From Candidatus Aminicenantes bacterium (GTDB lineage Bacteria > Acidobacteriota > Aminicenantia > Aminicenantales > Saccharicenantaceae): 64,000 nucleotides of DNA. Below are positions 29,009 to 42,295 of the stretch, piece by piece (within the stretch, counting starts at the first letter, position 1; the number at the start of each line of letters is the position of its first letter). A program made the position numbers and the translations under genes. The notes under the pieces were generated by a model that had not been told where the DNA came from, ran no database searches, and was given only the letters and a program-made list of their open reading frames with translations. The stretch is taken from NCBI GenBank assembly GCA_963743205.1, contig CAVUOW010000004.1, forward strand, positions 422,978 to 486,977, read 5' to 3'.

Positions 29009-30379
29009 GTGGCCAATCAACTTCTGAGAGCTCGGGGACCCGGGGCCGGCCTCCTCGCCGCCCTTTGGCTCGCCGCCAGTCCCCTTTTGGCCGCCGCCCA
29101 GGGACGGCACGTCGTCCTCGACAACGGCCTTCAGGTTTTCCTCTACGAAAAGCGGGACATCCCGCTCGTCCACATCGTCACCGGATTCAATGTCGGCTCC
29201 AAGGACGAGACCGACGGGACGAGCGGACTCGTCCACCTCCTCGAGCACTGCGTCCTTTTCCGGGGAACCTTGACCCGCTCGGGGGGCGAGGTCGCGGCCG
29301 ACACCCGGCGTCACGGGGCTTATTTCAACGGCAACACCGGCCAGGACCTGGCGGTCTTCGAGATCTCGCTCCCGGCAGAGTCGGCTGAATTCGGGTTGCG
29401 CAACCAGAAGGACATCCTCTTCGGCCTGGCCCTGAGCCAGGCCGACATCGACCGGGAGAAGGAGATCCTCCTCGAGGAATACGACCAGATGGAGGACGAC
29501 CCGGAGCGCAGCGCCATCGATCTCGTTCTCCAGGACTTGTTCCCAGGTCACCCCTACGGGCGCTCGATCTACGGCCGGCGGGAGGTCGTGGCCGCGGCCA
29601 CGGCGGCCGATCTCGGAGCTTTCTATAAGAAGTTCTTTGTCGCCGACAACTGTGCGCTGGCCGTCGTCGGAGATTTTCCGGCGGCCGACATGGAGGCCCG
29701 GATCCGGGAGATCTTCGGGCCGCTGCCGAAGACGGGCTTCAAGCCGGACGCCTTCCCGATGGCCGCCCCTCTCAAAAAGAGCAGCAGCCGCCGCCTCGAG
29801 CGCGACGTTCGCGCCGGCTACCTCTTTATCGGCTTCGAGGCTCCCGATTACAACAACGCCGACCAATACGCCATGAACGTCCTCGTCGAAGCGCTCGGCC
29901 GCGGCGTGAATCCCCTTCTGGGCGCCTATCTGCACGGCCAGCGGGACTCCGTCCAGAACGTCTCCATGAGCTATCTCGCGTACAGGTTCGGCGGCGCGGC
30001 CATCGTGTCGGTCAAGGCCGATCCCAAGGACCTGGCGGCCGTGGAGCGGGCCGCGGTCTCGTTCCTCAAAAGGGCCCACAATGAATCGTATTCGAAAAAG
30101 GATTTTCTCTCGCCGGAGGCGGAGATGGCCGCGTTCGATTATCTGGAGATGGCCAAGAACCAGATCCGCTTCGGCTCCGTCCGGGCCGAAGAGTCCGGCC
30201 TTCAGCTGGCCGGTTCGCTCGTCCGGTTCATGCTGCTCAACACCCGTGAGAACCCGGGCCGCTATCTCGACGGCATCGCCAAGGTCGATTCGGGCGATCT
30301 GCGCAAGACCGCCTCTCGCTATCTCGGCCGCGGCGAATACGCCGCGGTCTCCATCGTCCCCGGAAAGGAAAAGAAATGA
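29009..30379 (+). CDS. M16B peptidase, catalytic subunit
   Basis: Signal peptide; GLVHLLEH (HxxEH), EKEILLEE, HPYG. Confidence 0.88.
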   Translation: MANQLLRARGPGAGLLAALWLAASPLLAAAQGRHVVLDNGLQVFLYEKRDIPLVHIVTGFNVGSKDETDGTSGLVHLLEHCVLFRGTLTRSGGEVAADTRRHGAYFNGNTGQDLAVFEISLPAESAEFGLRNQKDILFGLALSQADIDREKEILLEEYDQMEDDPERSAIDLVLQDLFPGHPYGRSIYGRREVVAAATAADLGAFYKKFFVADNCALAVVGDFPAADMEARIREIFGPLPKTGFKPDAFPMAAPLKKSSSRRLERDVRAGYLFIGFEAPDYNNADQYAMNVLVEALGRGVNPLLGAYLHGQRDSVQNVSMSYLAYRFGGAAIVSVKADPKDLAAVERAAVSFLKRAHNESYSKKDFLSPEAEMAAFDYLEMAKNQIRFGSVRAEESGLQLAGSLVRFMLLNTRENPGRYLDGIAKVDSGDLRKTASRYLGRGEYAAVSIVPGKEKK

Positions 30380-31731
30380 AGAGCGCCCCGGCCGCCCGGC
30401 GAGGACGCTCGGGGCTTGTCCTGCTGGCCGTTCTGGCCACCGCCGCGGGCGCGGCCCGCTCGGGCCGGACCGAGGACCCGCCCCGGCCTTGGTCGAACGC
30501 CCCCGAGCGATTCACCCTGGCGACAGGCGTTCCCTGCATCTACCAGAGGGACACGGTCTCCCCGACCACGGTCGTGGGACTCTTCATCGGCGGCGGCAAA
30601 TCGGCCGTCCCGTCCGGCCTCGACGGCCTGGCCGCCATCTCGACCCGGCTTCTCCTCGAGATCCCCGATGAAAGCAAGATCCAGGACCTGATGGCCCAGG
30701 CGACCCGCCTGAGCTATGTCTGTCTCGAGGACAGCTCGATCGTCCTCATCGAGTGCCTGACCGAGCACCTCGAGGACGCGCTGCCTTTGGCCGGCAAGAT
30801 CGTCCAGGGCCCTCTCATTTCGGGGCTCCGCGTCAGCCGGGCCAAGGACCTCATGAAGGCCAATGGAAAGGCGGACGAGGACGACCCCGTCACGGTCGGC
30901 CGCAACGCGGTCTTCGAGGCCTTCTTCGGCGGCACCGGCTACGGCTCGGACCTCTACGGGACGGAGTCGAGCCTCAAGGTTATCGACAGGAAGGACATCG
31001 TTTCGTTCGTCCGCCGTTTCACCGTCAAGCCGAACGTCTTCTTTTGCGTCGAGACGGACCTCGACCGGGAGGTCATCGGCCGCCTTCTCGAGAAGTCCTT
31101 CGCGGCCTTCCCCGACGCGGCGGCCGCAGATATCCCGCGCCAGGACCCGGTCCTGCCGGTCGATCGCGACATCAGCCGGGAGAGGAAGACCAAACAGGCC
31201 TACGTGGGGCGGGCCTATGCTCTGCCCCGGACCGGACTCCCTGATATGGCCCGGGGGGATCTTCTCGAGACCCTGCTCGGCAAGGGGCCAGGTTCCCGTC
31301 TGTGGGCCCTGAGGGAGGATGAAAGACTGGCCTACAGCGTCGATGCCGACGTGACGTGGATGAAATCCGGAGGGCTGCTGATCGCCTATCTCGAAACGGG
31401 CCGGGCCAGAGGGGCGGAGGCCGCTGCGGCGCTCGACCGGACGCTCGAGTCCCTCCGGGAGAAGGGCGTGACGGCGGAGGAGATGGAGGCGACGCGGACG
31501 ATGGCCCGGGCCCGCTTCCTGCGGGGCACGGAAGCGAAATCGCCGCGGCTTCGGACGCTCGGGCTCTTCGAGACCCTGGGCCTGGGCGCAGGATCCGCCG
31601 CAGCGCTTCTCGAAGCCTTCAACGCCGTGAAGATCGAGGACATGAACGCCTTCATCCGCGAGGTCCTCGACCCCGCCCGGGCCCTGCGCGTCACCGTCGG
31701 TCCGGCGCCTGCCGGGCCGGCGGGCCGGTGA
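30376..31731 (+). CDS. M16B peptidase, non-catalytic subunit
   Basis: M16 fold motif SRLWALREDERLAY, no HxxEH; ATGA-coupled to the catalytic subunit. Confidence 0.82.
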   Translation: MKSAPAARRGRSGLVLLAVLATAAGAARSGRTEDPPRPWSNAPERFTLATGVPCIYQRDTVSPTTVVGLFIGGGKSAVPSGLDGLAAISTRLLLEIPDESKIQDLMAQATRLSYVCLEDSSIVLIECLTEHLEDALPLAGKIVQGPLISGLRVSRAKDLMKANGKADEDDPVTVGRNAVFEAFFGGTGYGSDLYGTESSLKVIDRKDIVSFVRRFTVKPNVFFCVETDLDREVIGRLLEKSFAAFPDAAAADIPRQDPVLPVDRDISRERKTKQAYVGRAYALPRTGLPDMARGDLLETLLGKGPGSRLWALREDERLAYSVDADVTWMKSGGLLIAYLETGRARGAEAAAALDRTLESLREKGVTAEEMEATRTMARARFLRGTEAKSPRLRTLGLFETLGLGAGSAAALLEAFNAVKIEDMNAFIREVLDPARALRVTVGPAPAGPAGR

Positions 31732-31733
31732 TC

Positions 31734-32383
31734 TTACCGGAAATCGGTGCTGATGATCGTCAGCCGACCGGGATAAGTGATCGGCCCGAGCGGCGTGGAC
31801 ACCGTCGGCTGGGCATCGAGCGAGAGGCGGGCCGGAGAGCCGTTGCGTCCCCCGATGGCCAGGGCCATCGAGACCAGATCCTCGTAGCGGTTGGTGCTGA
31901 AGAACTCCAGGAGATCGAGCGAAAGGCGCAGGGGGATGACGGATTCCTGGCCGGTGCCGGGGATCTCGACGGGCTTATCGATATTGCCGTAGACCGTCGG
32001 CTTGCCGTCGATCAGCAGACGGCACTCGAGGCCCGTCAGCGTGCTGGCGGTTTTGGTCGTTCCGGCCGTGCCGTCGTTCGGGTTGACCGCGAGCACGTCC
32101 ATGACGAAGGAGACCGGGAGCCTTTGAGAGGAATAGGACTGGGCGACCTTCAGGATGTCCGCGGCCGCGAAGTCCGCGAGCCTGGACTTGCCGCTGATGT
32201 CGAGCCCCAGGAGACGGAAGTCCCTGACGCTCGCGATCTTGAATTTCAGGCGCTGCAGGTTGGCCAGGACCGAAGCCATGTCGCCGAGCGTGGCGCAGCT
32301 CGAGAAGGCCAGGCACCCGGCCAGGATGAGGCCGGCCCAGGCGGGCCGGCGGGCGTTCTTTGTCACGATGATCCTCCCTGAGA

Positions 32384-32387
<4 letters not shown>
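31734..32387 (-). CDS. Putative lipoprotein (LEA_2/WHy-like)
   Basis: Lipobox-like LAFSSC and AVNPN motif; ATG overlaps the PFOR stop. Confidence 0.65.
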
Positions 32388-35941
<3,554 letters not shown>

Positions 35942-35991
35942 AGACGACTCCTTGCTGGGATATGGTCGAACGTCGCCGGCGACGTATCGGA

Positions 35992-36597
35992 CTATTCTTT
36001 GAGCTCCGTCCGCCCCTCCAGGGCCTTCTTGATGGTCACCTGGTCGGCGAAATCGAGATCGGATCCGACCGGCAGCCCCATGGCCAGCCGGGTGATCCGG
36101 ATGCCGTAATCCTTGAGCACGCGGAGAAGGTAGAGGGCCGTGGCCTCCCCTTCCACCGTCGGGTTCGTGGCGATGATGATCTCCTTGAACGCGCCCTCCT
36201 CGATCCGCTTCGTCAGCTTCCCCAGCCGCAGCTCGTCCGGGCCGCGGCCCTTGAGCGGCGACAAGGCGCCGAGAAGGACGTGGTAGCGGCCGTTGTAGGC
36301 GCCCGTCCGCTCGATCGAGGAGATATTGAACGGCTCCTCGACGATGCAGAGGGATTCGTCGGAGCGGTGCTCGTCCGCACAGATCAGGCAGGGATCGACG
36401 TGGGTGATGTTGTTGCAGCGGGAGCAGTAGAAGATCTTGCGCTTGGCCTCGCGGATGGCCTCGGCCAGGCGGTCGGTGTCCTCGGTCGGCAGGCCCAGGA
36501 AGTAGAACGCGATGCGCTGGGCGGTTTTGGCCCCGATGCCGGGGATATGGCGCAGTTCCTCGATGAGATCGTGGAGCGGCTGGGCGTACTCGAACAT
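35992..36597 (-). CDS. recR: Recombination protein RecR
   Basis: PGIGAKTAQR HhH, C4 zinc finger, ATNPTVEGEATA Toprim. Confidence 0.96.
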   Translation of the reverse strand: MFEYAQPLHDLIEELRHIPGIGAKTAQRIAFYFLGLPTEDTDRLAEAIREAKRKIFYCSRCNNITHVDPCLICADEHRSDESLCIVEEPFNISSIERTGAYNGRYHVLLGALSPLKGRGPDELRLGKLTKRIEEGAFKEIIIATNPTVEGEATALYLLRVLKDYGIRITRLAMGLPVGSDLDFADQVTIKKALEGRTELKE

Positions 36598-36905
36598 CAG
36601 AGTCCCGGGATCTTCAGGCCGGCCCCGAGGCCGCCGAGCTTGGCCGCCAGGGACTCGTCGACCTTGGCCGCCCCGTCATTGAAGGCGGCCACGATGAGGT
36701 CCTGGAGCATCTCCACTTCGTCGCGGTTCACGACCTCGGGGTCGATGCGGATCGACTGCAGGGTCTTGTGGCCGTCGAGGACGACGTTGACCATGCCGCC
36801 GCCGCTCGAACCGTCGACCCGCAGATCGGAGAGCTCCTTCTGGAGCCGGTTCTGCATCTCCTGGGCCGACTTGAGCATCTTTTGCAGGTCCATGACGTTT
36901 GTCAT
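36597..36905 (-). CDS. ybaB: YbaB/EbfC nucleoid-associated protein
   Basis: GSSGGGMV, EMLQDLIVAAFN; dnaX-ybaB-recR synteny. Confidence 0.94.
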   Translation of the reverse strand: MTNVMDLQKMLKSAQEMQNRLQKELSDLRVDGSSGGGMVNVVLDGHKTLQSIRIDPEVVNRDEVEMLQDLIVAAFNDGAAKVDESLAAKLGGLGAGLKIPGL

Positions 36906-38620
36906 TTGTCCTTCTCCGTCGGTCCGCGGCCTTTGGGCGCGGACTCGCGCGACGTGGGAACGGGATCCGCCGACAAGACCTGGGCCTTGAACGTGTTCAT
37001 GAAGAACTGGACGGCCGGGTCCTTCATGGCCGACTCGAGCTCCCGCCCGGGCCGGATGGGCCCGCCGTCGGATGCGTTCTCCTCGGCGAAGCGGACCTTG
37101 GTCTCCCGGCCCAGGACCTCGGAGGCGGCCCTTTCGACGGCGCGCACATCCTTCTCCTGGACGCTGGTGACGAAGAACCCCCGGCCGCTGCCGAAAAAGA
37201 CCTCGAGCTCGTTGTCCCTGACCATGACCGACGAGTATTGTCCCAGCAGGGCCGCGAGAGGGGCCCTGTCCACGGCCAGCTTCTCGAGGACCCGGGCGAA
37301 GACATCCTTCGAGCCCGAAGCCGGGGGCTTGGGCGGTGCGGCCGGCTTCGGCGAGAGGGCCTGGGGGCCGGACTGCGTCCCGGGTACCGGAGCCGGACGC
37401 GAGGCGCCTCCCGCCTGCGGCGGGGCTTTCGGCGCGGGGCCGGAAGGCCCGGAGGAAGCCCGCGGCGGCGCTTCTTTGAGCGATTCGACGTCCTTGATGA
37501 GCTCCCGCAAAGGCACGATCTTGCGGAAATGGCAGAGCTTGACCAGGAAGGCCTCGAGGTAGATCCGAGGCAGGACCGAGTACTTCAATCCCGGCTCCGC
37601 CTGCTGGAGGGCCAGGAGATAGCGGAGCAGGTCCTCCGGGCTGGCCTTGGCCGCCTCGGCGCGCAAGGCTTCGAGGCCTTCGGAACTGACGGCCAGAAGG
37701 TCTTCCGGCCGTTCGACCGAGCGGACGAGGAGCAGAGCCCGGAAATGCTCGATCAGCTTGCCGAAAACGAAACGGAGGTCGTAGCCCGCGGCGACGACGC
37801 TTTCGACGAGGGCGAAGACCTCGCCCGGCTTCTCGTCGAGGACGGCCGACGAGAAGCGGGTGAGCACGTCCTGGCCGACCGTCCCGAGGATCGTTTTGAG
37901 GTCCTCGTCGCCGATGTTCTCACCGCTGAAGGCCACGGCCTGGTCGAGAAGGCTCTGGGCGTCGCGCATGCTGCCGTCGGCGGCCTCGGCGATGAGGGCC
38001 AGCCCGGCGGGGGTGATGGTGATGCCTTCCTTCTTGGTGATCTCCATGAGATGGTTGATGATGTCCTTGTGGGAGATCTTACGGAACTCGAAATGCTGGC
38101 AGCGCGATACGATGGTCGCCGGGACTTTGTTGAACTCCGTCGTCGCGAAAATGAAGACCGTGTTCGGCGGCGGCTCCTCGAGGGTTTTCAGGAGCGCGTT
38201 GAAGGCGTGCGGCGACAGCATGTGCACTTCGTCGATGATGAGGACCTTGGTGCGGGTGTAAGCGGGCTTGTATTTGACCATCTCGCGGATGGCATCGATA
38301 TCGTCCACCAGCCTGTTGGAGGCGCCGTCGATCTCGAGGACGTCGATGGCGCTTCCCTCATGGATGGATTTACAGAACTGACAGGGACGGTCCTTGTCGG
38401 GGCAGGGGTGCGGCGTCGGGCCGTTGGCGCAATTGAGGGCTTTGGCCAGGATGCGGGCCACGGTCGTCTTGCCCGTCCCCCGGACGCCGGAGAACAGGTA
38501 GGCCTGGGCGATGCGACTCGAGGCGATGGCGTTCTGGATGGTCCGGACGACAGACAACTGCCCGACGACCTCCTCGAACTTCCAAGGCCTGTATTTCCGG
38601 GCGAATATCTCGTAAGACAT
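36902..38620 (-). CDS. dnaX: DNA polymerase III subunits gamma/tau
   Basis: ARKYRP, GVRGTGKT, IDEVHML, NALLKTLEEPP, SRCQ, GSMRDA; Pro/Ala-rich linker. Confidence 0.96.
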   Translation of the reverse strand: MSYEIFARKYRPWKFEEVVGQLSVVRTIQNAIASSRIAQAYLFSGVRGTGKTTVARILAKALNCANGPTPHPCPDKDRPCQFCKSIHEGSAIDVLEIDGASNRLVDDIDAIREMVKYKPAYTRTKVLIIDEVHMLSPHAFNALLKTLEEPPPNTVFIFATTEFNKVPATIVSRCQHFEFRKISHKDIINHLMEITKKEGITITPAGLALIAEAADGSMRDAQSLLDQAVAFSGENIGDEDLKTILGTVGQDVLTRFSSAVLDEKPGEVFALVESVVAAGYDLRFVFGKLIEHFRALLLVRSVERPEDLLAVSSEGLEALRAEAAKASPEDLLRYLLALQQAEPGLKYSVLPRIYLEAFLVKLCHFRKIVPLRELIKDVESLKEAPPRASSGPSGPAPKAPPQAGGASRPAPVPGTQSGPQALSPKPAAPPKPPASGSKDVFARVLEKLAVDRAPLAALLGQYSSVMVRDNELEVFFGSGRGFFVTSVQEKDVRAVERAASEVLGRETKVRFAEENASDGGPIRPGRELESAMKDPAVQFFMNTFKAQVLSADPVPTSRESAPKGRGPTEKDK

Positions 38621-38735
38621 GGGTTTTCGGCCAGCCGCGGAGGGGAGAGAGAAAGCGGCCTTTCTCCCCTGAAAAAGTAAAGTTTATCTTAGCACAAATC
38701 GGCCAAATAGCAAGGAAAAGGAATATAATGACGCC

Positions 38736-39596
38736 GTGCCGCCGCGCTCCAGCAGCCTCGCCAAGATCCATCTGGCCGTCTTCCTCTTCGGCTTTCCCGG
38801 CCTGTTCGGAAAATGGCTCGCCTGGCCCGCCGTCACGATCGTCTTCGGCCGGGTCCTGTTCGCCTGCCTGGCCCTGGCCGCGGTCATGGCCTTGGGGCGG
38901 GCCTCCTTCCGCGTGACCTCGCGGCGCGACGTCCTCCTCCTCGGTCTTTGCGGCCTGGTCCTCGCCGCCCACTGGACGATGTTCTTCAAGTCCATCCAAG
39001 TCTCCACGGTCGCCGTCGGCCTGCTGGCCTACTCGAGCTTCCCCGTCTTCACGGCTTTCCTCGAACCTTTGCTGACCAAGGAGCGCTGGGAGCCGGCGAG
39101 CCTGCTCTACGCCCTCGTCTGCGTCGCCGGTATCGCGCTGATCGTCCCGGGCTTCGACCTCTCCAACGCAGTCGTCCAGGGAGTCCTGTGGGGGCTCGGC
39201 GCGGGCCTGTCCTTCTCGGTTTTGGCGGTTCTCAACCGGGGGTTGGCGTCCAGGCATTCGAGCCTGACCGTGGCCTTTTACCAGGACTTGGTCGCCGGTG
39301 TGCTGCTCGTGCCCGCCGTTTGGAGGACCGGTCTCCCCCGCTCCGGCCGGGATTGGGCTCTGGTCGCCGTCCTGGGGGTCTTCTGCACGGCCCTCGCCCA
39401 CACCCTGTTTATCGACGGGTTGAAAGGGGCCGGGGCCCGGACGGCGAGCGTCCTGAGCTCGCTCGAGCCGGTCTACGGCATTCTTCTCGCCCTGATCTTC
39501 CTTGGCGAGAGCCCCTCCCCGAGAACGATCTCGGGAGGGGTCATCATCCTCGCGGCGGCCCTGGCCGCGACGGCCCGGGCCCGCCAAACGGGCTAG
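38736..39596 (+). CDS. DMT/EamA family transporter
   Basis: About 10 TM helices; FCTALAH and LEPVYG motifs. Confidence 0.88.
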   Translation: MPPRSSSLAKIHLAVFLFGFPGLFGKWLAWPAVTIVFGRVLFACLALAAVMALGRASFRVTSRRDVLLLGLCGLVLAAHWTMFFKSIQVSTVAVGLLAYSSFPVFTAFLEPLLTKERWEPASLLYALVCVAGIALIVPGFDLSNAVVQGVLWGLGAGLSFSVLAVLNRGLASRHSSLTVAFYQDLVAGVLLVPAVWRTGLPRSGRDWALVAVLGVFCTALAHTLFIDGLKGAGARTASVLSSLEPVYGILLALIFLGESPSPRTISGGVIILAAALAATARARQTG

Positions 39597-40774
39597 TGCC
39601 TTTCGGTATCGGTCTTGCGGCGGACCGGCGCCCTCTTGGTCTTGTCCTCTTCGGCCTTCTGCCGCTTCTCGAGCTCGGCTTTCTCCTGGTCGTGCTTCTT
39701 CTTCAGCTCGGCGACCCTGGTCGTAGCCTGCTCGTCGACTTTCTTCTTCTCGACGGGATTCTGGATTCTGGCCCTATCTTGGTCGGCGCGCCGGCGCACC
39801 TCATTGATCTCGGTCTCCTGGCTTTTCTTCAGTAGGTCTTGTTCCTTGTTATGGTCCTGGCGCAGGCCTTCTTCGTTGCGGGGCGACCTGCGGATGATGG
39901 GACTGGCCGTTTCGCCGCTGAGCTGCTTTTCGGCCTGGGCCTGGTCGAGGACCTTTTTGGGCTTGGCCGCGTCGTTGCGCTTGATCACGGGCCTGGAAAC
40001 GACCAGGTCACGGCCTTCTTCCCTTTCGATGCCCGGGCGGGTAGCGTCCTTAAGAGTGTATCGATCGATCGTCCGGTTGGTCTGCCGGCGGACCAGATCG
40101 GGATCGACGCCATCGTTGACGACGCGCCGGTCACGCTCGCTGATGTTGACGCCGAACTCGGTCCTGTCGAGGATCGTCCGGTTCCGCTCGATCGGCAGGA
40201 TCCAGCGGTCGATGCCCCTATCCATGAAGTCCTGGCCGCGGACGAAATTCCATGAGTTCTCGGGAAAGTTCCACTGATTGCGGCCGAATCCCCGACCCGG
40301 GATGTAGTCCGCACCCGGCGGCAGCGGCGCCCAGCCGATGTGCGCATCGCCCCACCTCCAAGCCACCCAAGACGGCCCCCAGACGTTGTCCGGGACCCAA
40401 TACCAGCCCATGCCCCGGTCCCAGCCCCAGCGGCCGTAGTGGAAGGCGATCCAACCCCAGCGCTCGACCGAGACCCAGTTCCAACCATAGTCGGTCCAGG
40501 CCCAATGCCCTCGGGAGTATGGCCGCCAATTGTAGCCGACGTTGCCGGGGATCCAGACGTACCCGTAGGGGCGGTACGTGACCCACGCCCCGTAAGGCTG
40601 GAGCTCGTCATAGAAATAAGCGCTGTCGAGGTTGTCGTAGCGGTCGTAGTAGGTATCTTCGTTGGTGCGCCCGTTATAATTCCCGGAATCATCGTAGGGA
40701 ACGTACCTGACGCAGGAGGTCCCGACGAGGACCACGAAGGACGCAAAGAGCAGGAAGCCGATGGATTTCTTCAT
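39593..40774 (-). CDS. Lipoprotein with Trp/Gly/Pro-rich DUF6600-like domain and charged C-terminal tail
   Basis: AGGAGG SD; lipobox GTSC; YGYVWIP, WRPY..GHW, WGWIAFHYGRW, GWAPLPP. Confidence 0.8.
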   Translation of the reverse strand: MKKSIGFLLFASFVVLVGTSCVRYVPYDDSGNYNGRTNEDTYYDRYDNLDSAYFYDELQPYGAWVTYRPYGYVWIPGNVGYNWRPYSRGHWAWTDYGWNWVSVERWGWIAFHYGRWGWDRGMGWYWVPDNVWGPSWVAWRWGDAHIGWAPLPPGADYIPGRGFGRNQWNFPENSWNFVRGQDFMDRGIDRWILPIERNRTILDRTEFGVNISERDRRVVNDGVDPDLVRRQTNRTIDRYTLKDATRPGIEREEGRDLVVSRPVIKRNDAAKPKKVLDQAQAEKQLSGETASPIIRRSPRNEEGLRQDHNKEQDLLKKSQETEINEVRRRADQDRARIQNPVEKKKVDEQATTRVAELKKKHDQEKAELEKRQKAEEDKTKRAPVRRKTDTERH

Positions 40775-40798
40775 CTTTATCCTCCTGAACCTCAAGTA

Positions 40799-40814
40799 TG
40801 CAAGGAATATGCCA
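40799..40814 (-). promoter_or_regulatory. Sigma54 (-24/-12) promoter
   Basis: TGGCATATTCCTTGCA on the minus strand, about 25 bp upstream of the DUF6600 gene start. Confidence 0.75.
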
Positions 40815-40893
40815 AGCATATCCCAAGCCGACCAACAGGACGACCAGAGAGGTTCGTCCTAAAAACCGGACACTCGTTCCCGAGCTGTCCGAC

Positions 40894-42099
40894 TCAAGCC
40901 AGTCTCTTAAAGACGGTCTTGATGCGCTTGAGGGCCCAGTTGAGGTCCTTGTCCCTGATGATGAGGGGCGGGGCGAAGCGGATGACGTTCTCGTGGGTCT
41001 CCTTGCAGAGAAGACCCTCTTTCATCAGCTCCTCGCAGAAGCGGCGGGCGCCGCCGGCGGCGGGATGGAGCTCGACGCCGACGAGTAGGCCCCGCCCGCG
41101 GACCTCCTTGATGTGGCGGCTGCGGATCTTGCGCAGCTTCTCCATGAAATAGGCGCCCCGTTCGGCGGCGTTCTCGACGAGCTTCTCTTCCTTGGTGACC
41201 CTCAGGCTCTCCCGGGCCACGGCACAGGCCAAAGGATTGCCGCCGAAGGTCGAGCCGTGCTCGCCGGGCTTGAAGACCCCGAGGATCTCCCGGTCGGCCA
41301 GGACCGCGGAGACCGGATAGCAGCCGCCGCCCAGGGATTTTCCGATGATGACCATGTCGGGCCTGACGCCCTCATATTCGCTGGCAAAAAGCTTGCCGGT
41401 CCGGCCGAGTCCCGTCTGGATCTCATCGGCGATGAGGAGAACGTTATTGGCCTTGCAGATCTCGGCGGCCCGCCGCAGGAAGCCGTCAGGCGGGATCAGG
41501 ATCCCGGCCTCGGCCTGGATGGGTTCGACCATGAAGGCGGCCGTATTCGGGGTGATGGCCTTCTCCAGGGCGTCGGCATCGCCGAAGGGGATGACTTTGA
41601 ATCCCGGGGTGAACGGGCCGAAGTCCTGTCGATAGAGGGGTTCGGTCGAGAAGCTGATGACCGTGACCGTGCGGCCATGGAAATTGTTGGCGCAGACGAT
41701 GATCTCGGCTTGGTCCTGAGGAACGCACTTCTTCTGATAGGCCCATTTGCGAGCGGTTTTGACCGCCGTCTCGACGGCCTCGGCGCCGGAATTCATCGGC
41801 AGGACCATGGAGTAGCCGGTCATGTCGCAGACTTCTTTGGCCAGCATCGGCCACTGGTCGTTGCGGAAGGCCCGCGAGGTCAGGGTCAGCTTCCGGGCCT
41901 GCTCGATGAGGGCGCGGACGATGCGGGGATGGCGGTGACCCTGGTTGACGGCCGAGTAGGCGCTCAGAAAGTCGAGGTATTTGCGGCCTTCGACGTCGTG
42001 CATCCAGATCCCCTGGGCCTTGCTGATGACGACATCGAGGGGATGGTAATTATGGGCGCCGTAGATATCTTCGATTTGGATGAGATCCTTGCTGTCCAT
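40894..42099 (-). CDS. rocD: Ornithine--oxo-acid transaminase
   Basis: GAHNYHPL, FLSAYSAVNQGH, NSGAEAVE, DEIQTGLGRTG, GEHGSTFGGNPL. Confidence 0.95.
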   Translation of the reverse strand: MDSKDLIQIEDIYGAHNYHPLDVVISKAQGIWMHDVEGRKYLDFLSAYSAVNQGHRHPRIVRALIEQARKLTLTSRAFRNDQWPMLAKEVCDMTGYSMVLPMNSGAEAVETAVKTARKWAYQKKCVPQDQAEIIVCANNFHGRTVTVISFSTEPLYRQDFGPFTPGFKVIPFGDADALEKAITPNTAAFMVEPIQAEAGILIPPDGFLRRAAEICKANNVLLIADEIQTGLGRTGKLFASEYEGVRPDMVIIGKSLGGGCYPVSAVLADREILGVFKPGEHGSTFGGNPLACAVARESLRVTKEEKLVENAAERGAYFMEKLRKIRSRHIKEVRGRGLLVGVELHPAAGGARRFCEELMKEGLLCKETHENVIRFAPPLIIRDKDLNWALKRIKTVFKRLA

Positions 42100-42128
42100 G
42101 TCATGACTCCTTTGCGCGGACGTTTGAA

Positions 42129-42220
<92 letters not shown>

Positions 42221-42254
42221 GTTCCTCTGGTTTCGGAATTCCCTGGAGAGGCCA

Positions 42255-42283
42255 ACCTTACCAAAAAAGCGTCGTTTGGTCAA
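42255..42283 (-). promoter_or_regulatory. Putative sigma70 promoter of tRNA-Ser(GGA)-rocD
   Basis: TTGACC-17 bp-TAAGGT on the minus strand. Confidence 0.55.
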
Positions 42284-42295
42284 CGCGCCCCGGGC

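Noticed and set aside
35970-35985. Perfect palindrome ACGTCGCCGGCGACGT upstream of PFOR (similar CACCGCCGGCGGTG near 57105)
   Set aside because: GC-rich palindromes are common by chance in this genome; there is no U-tract or known operator match.
36902-38620. Programmed frameshift producing DnaX gamma
   Set aside because: No A-AAA-AAG heptamer or long A run was seen at the expected position.
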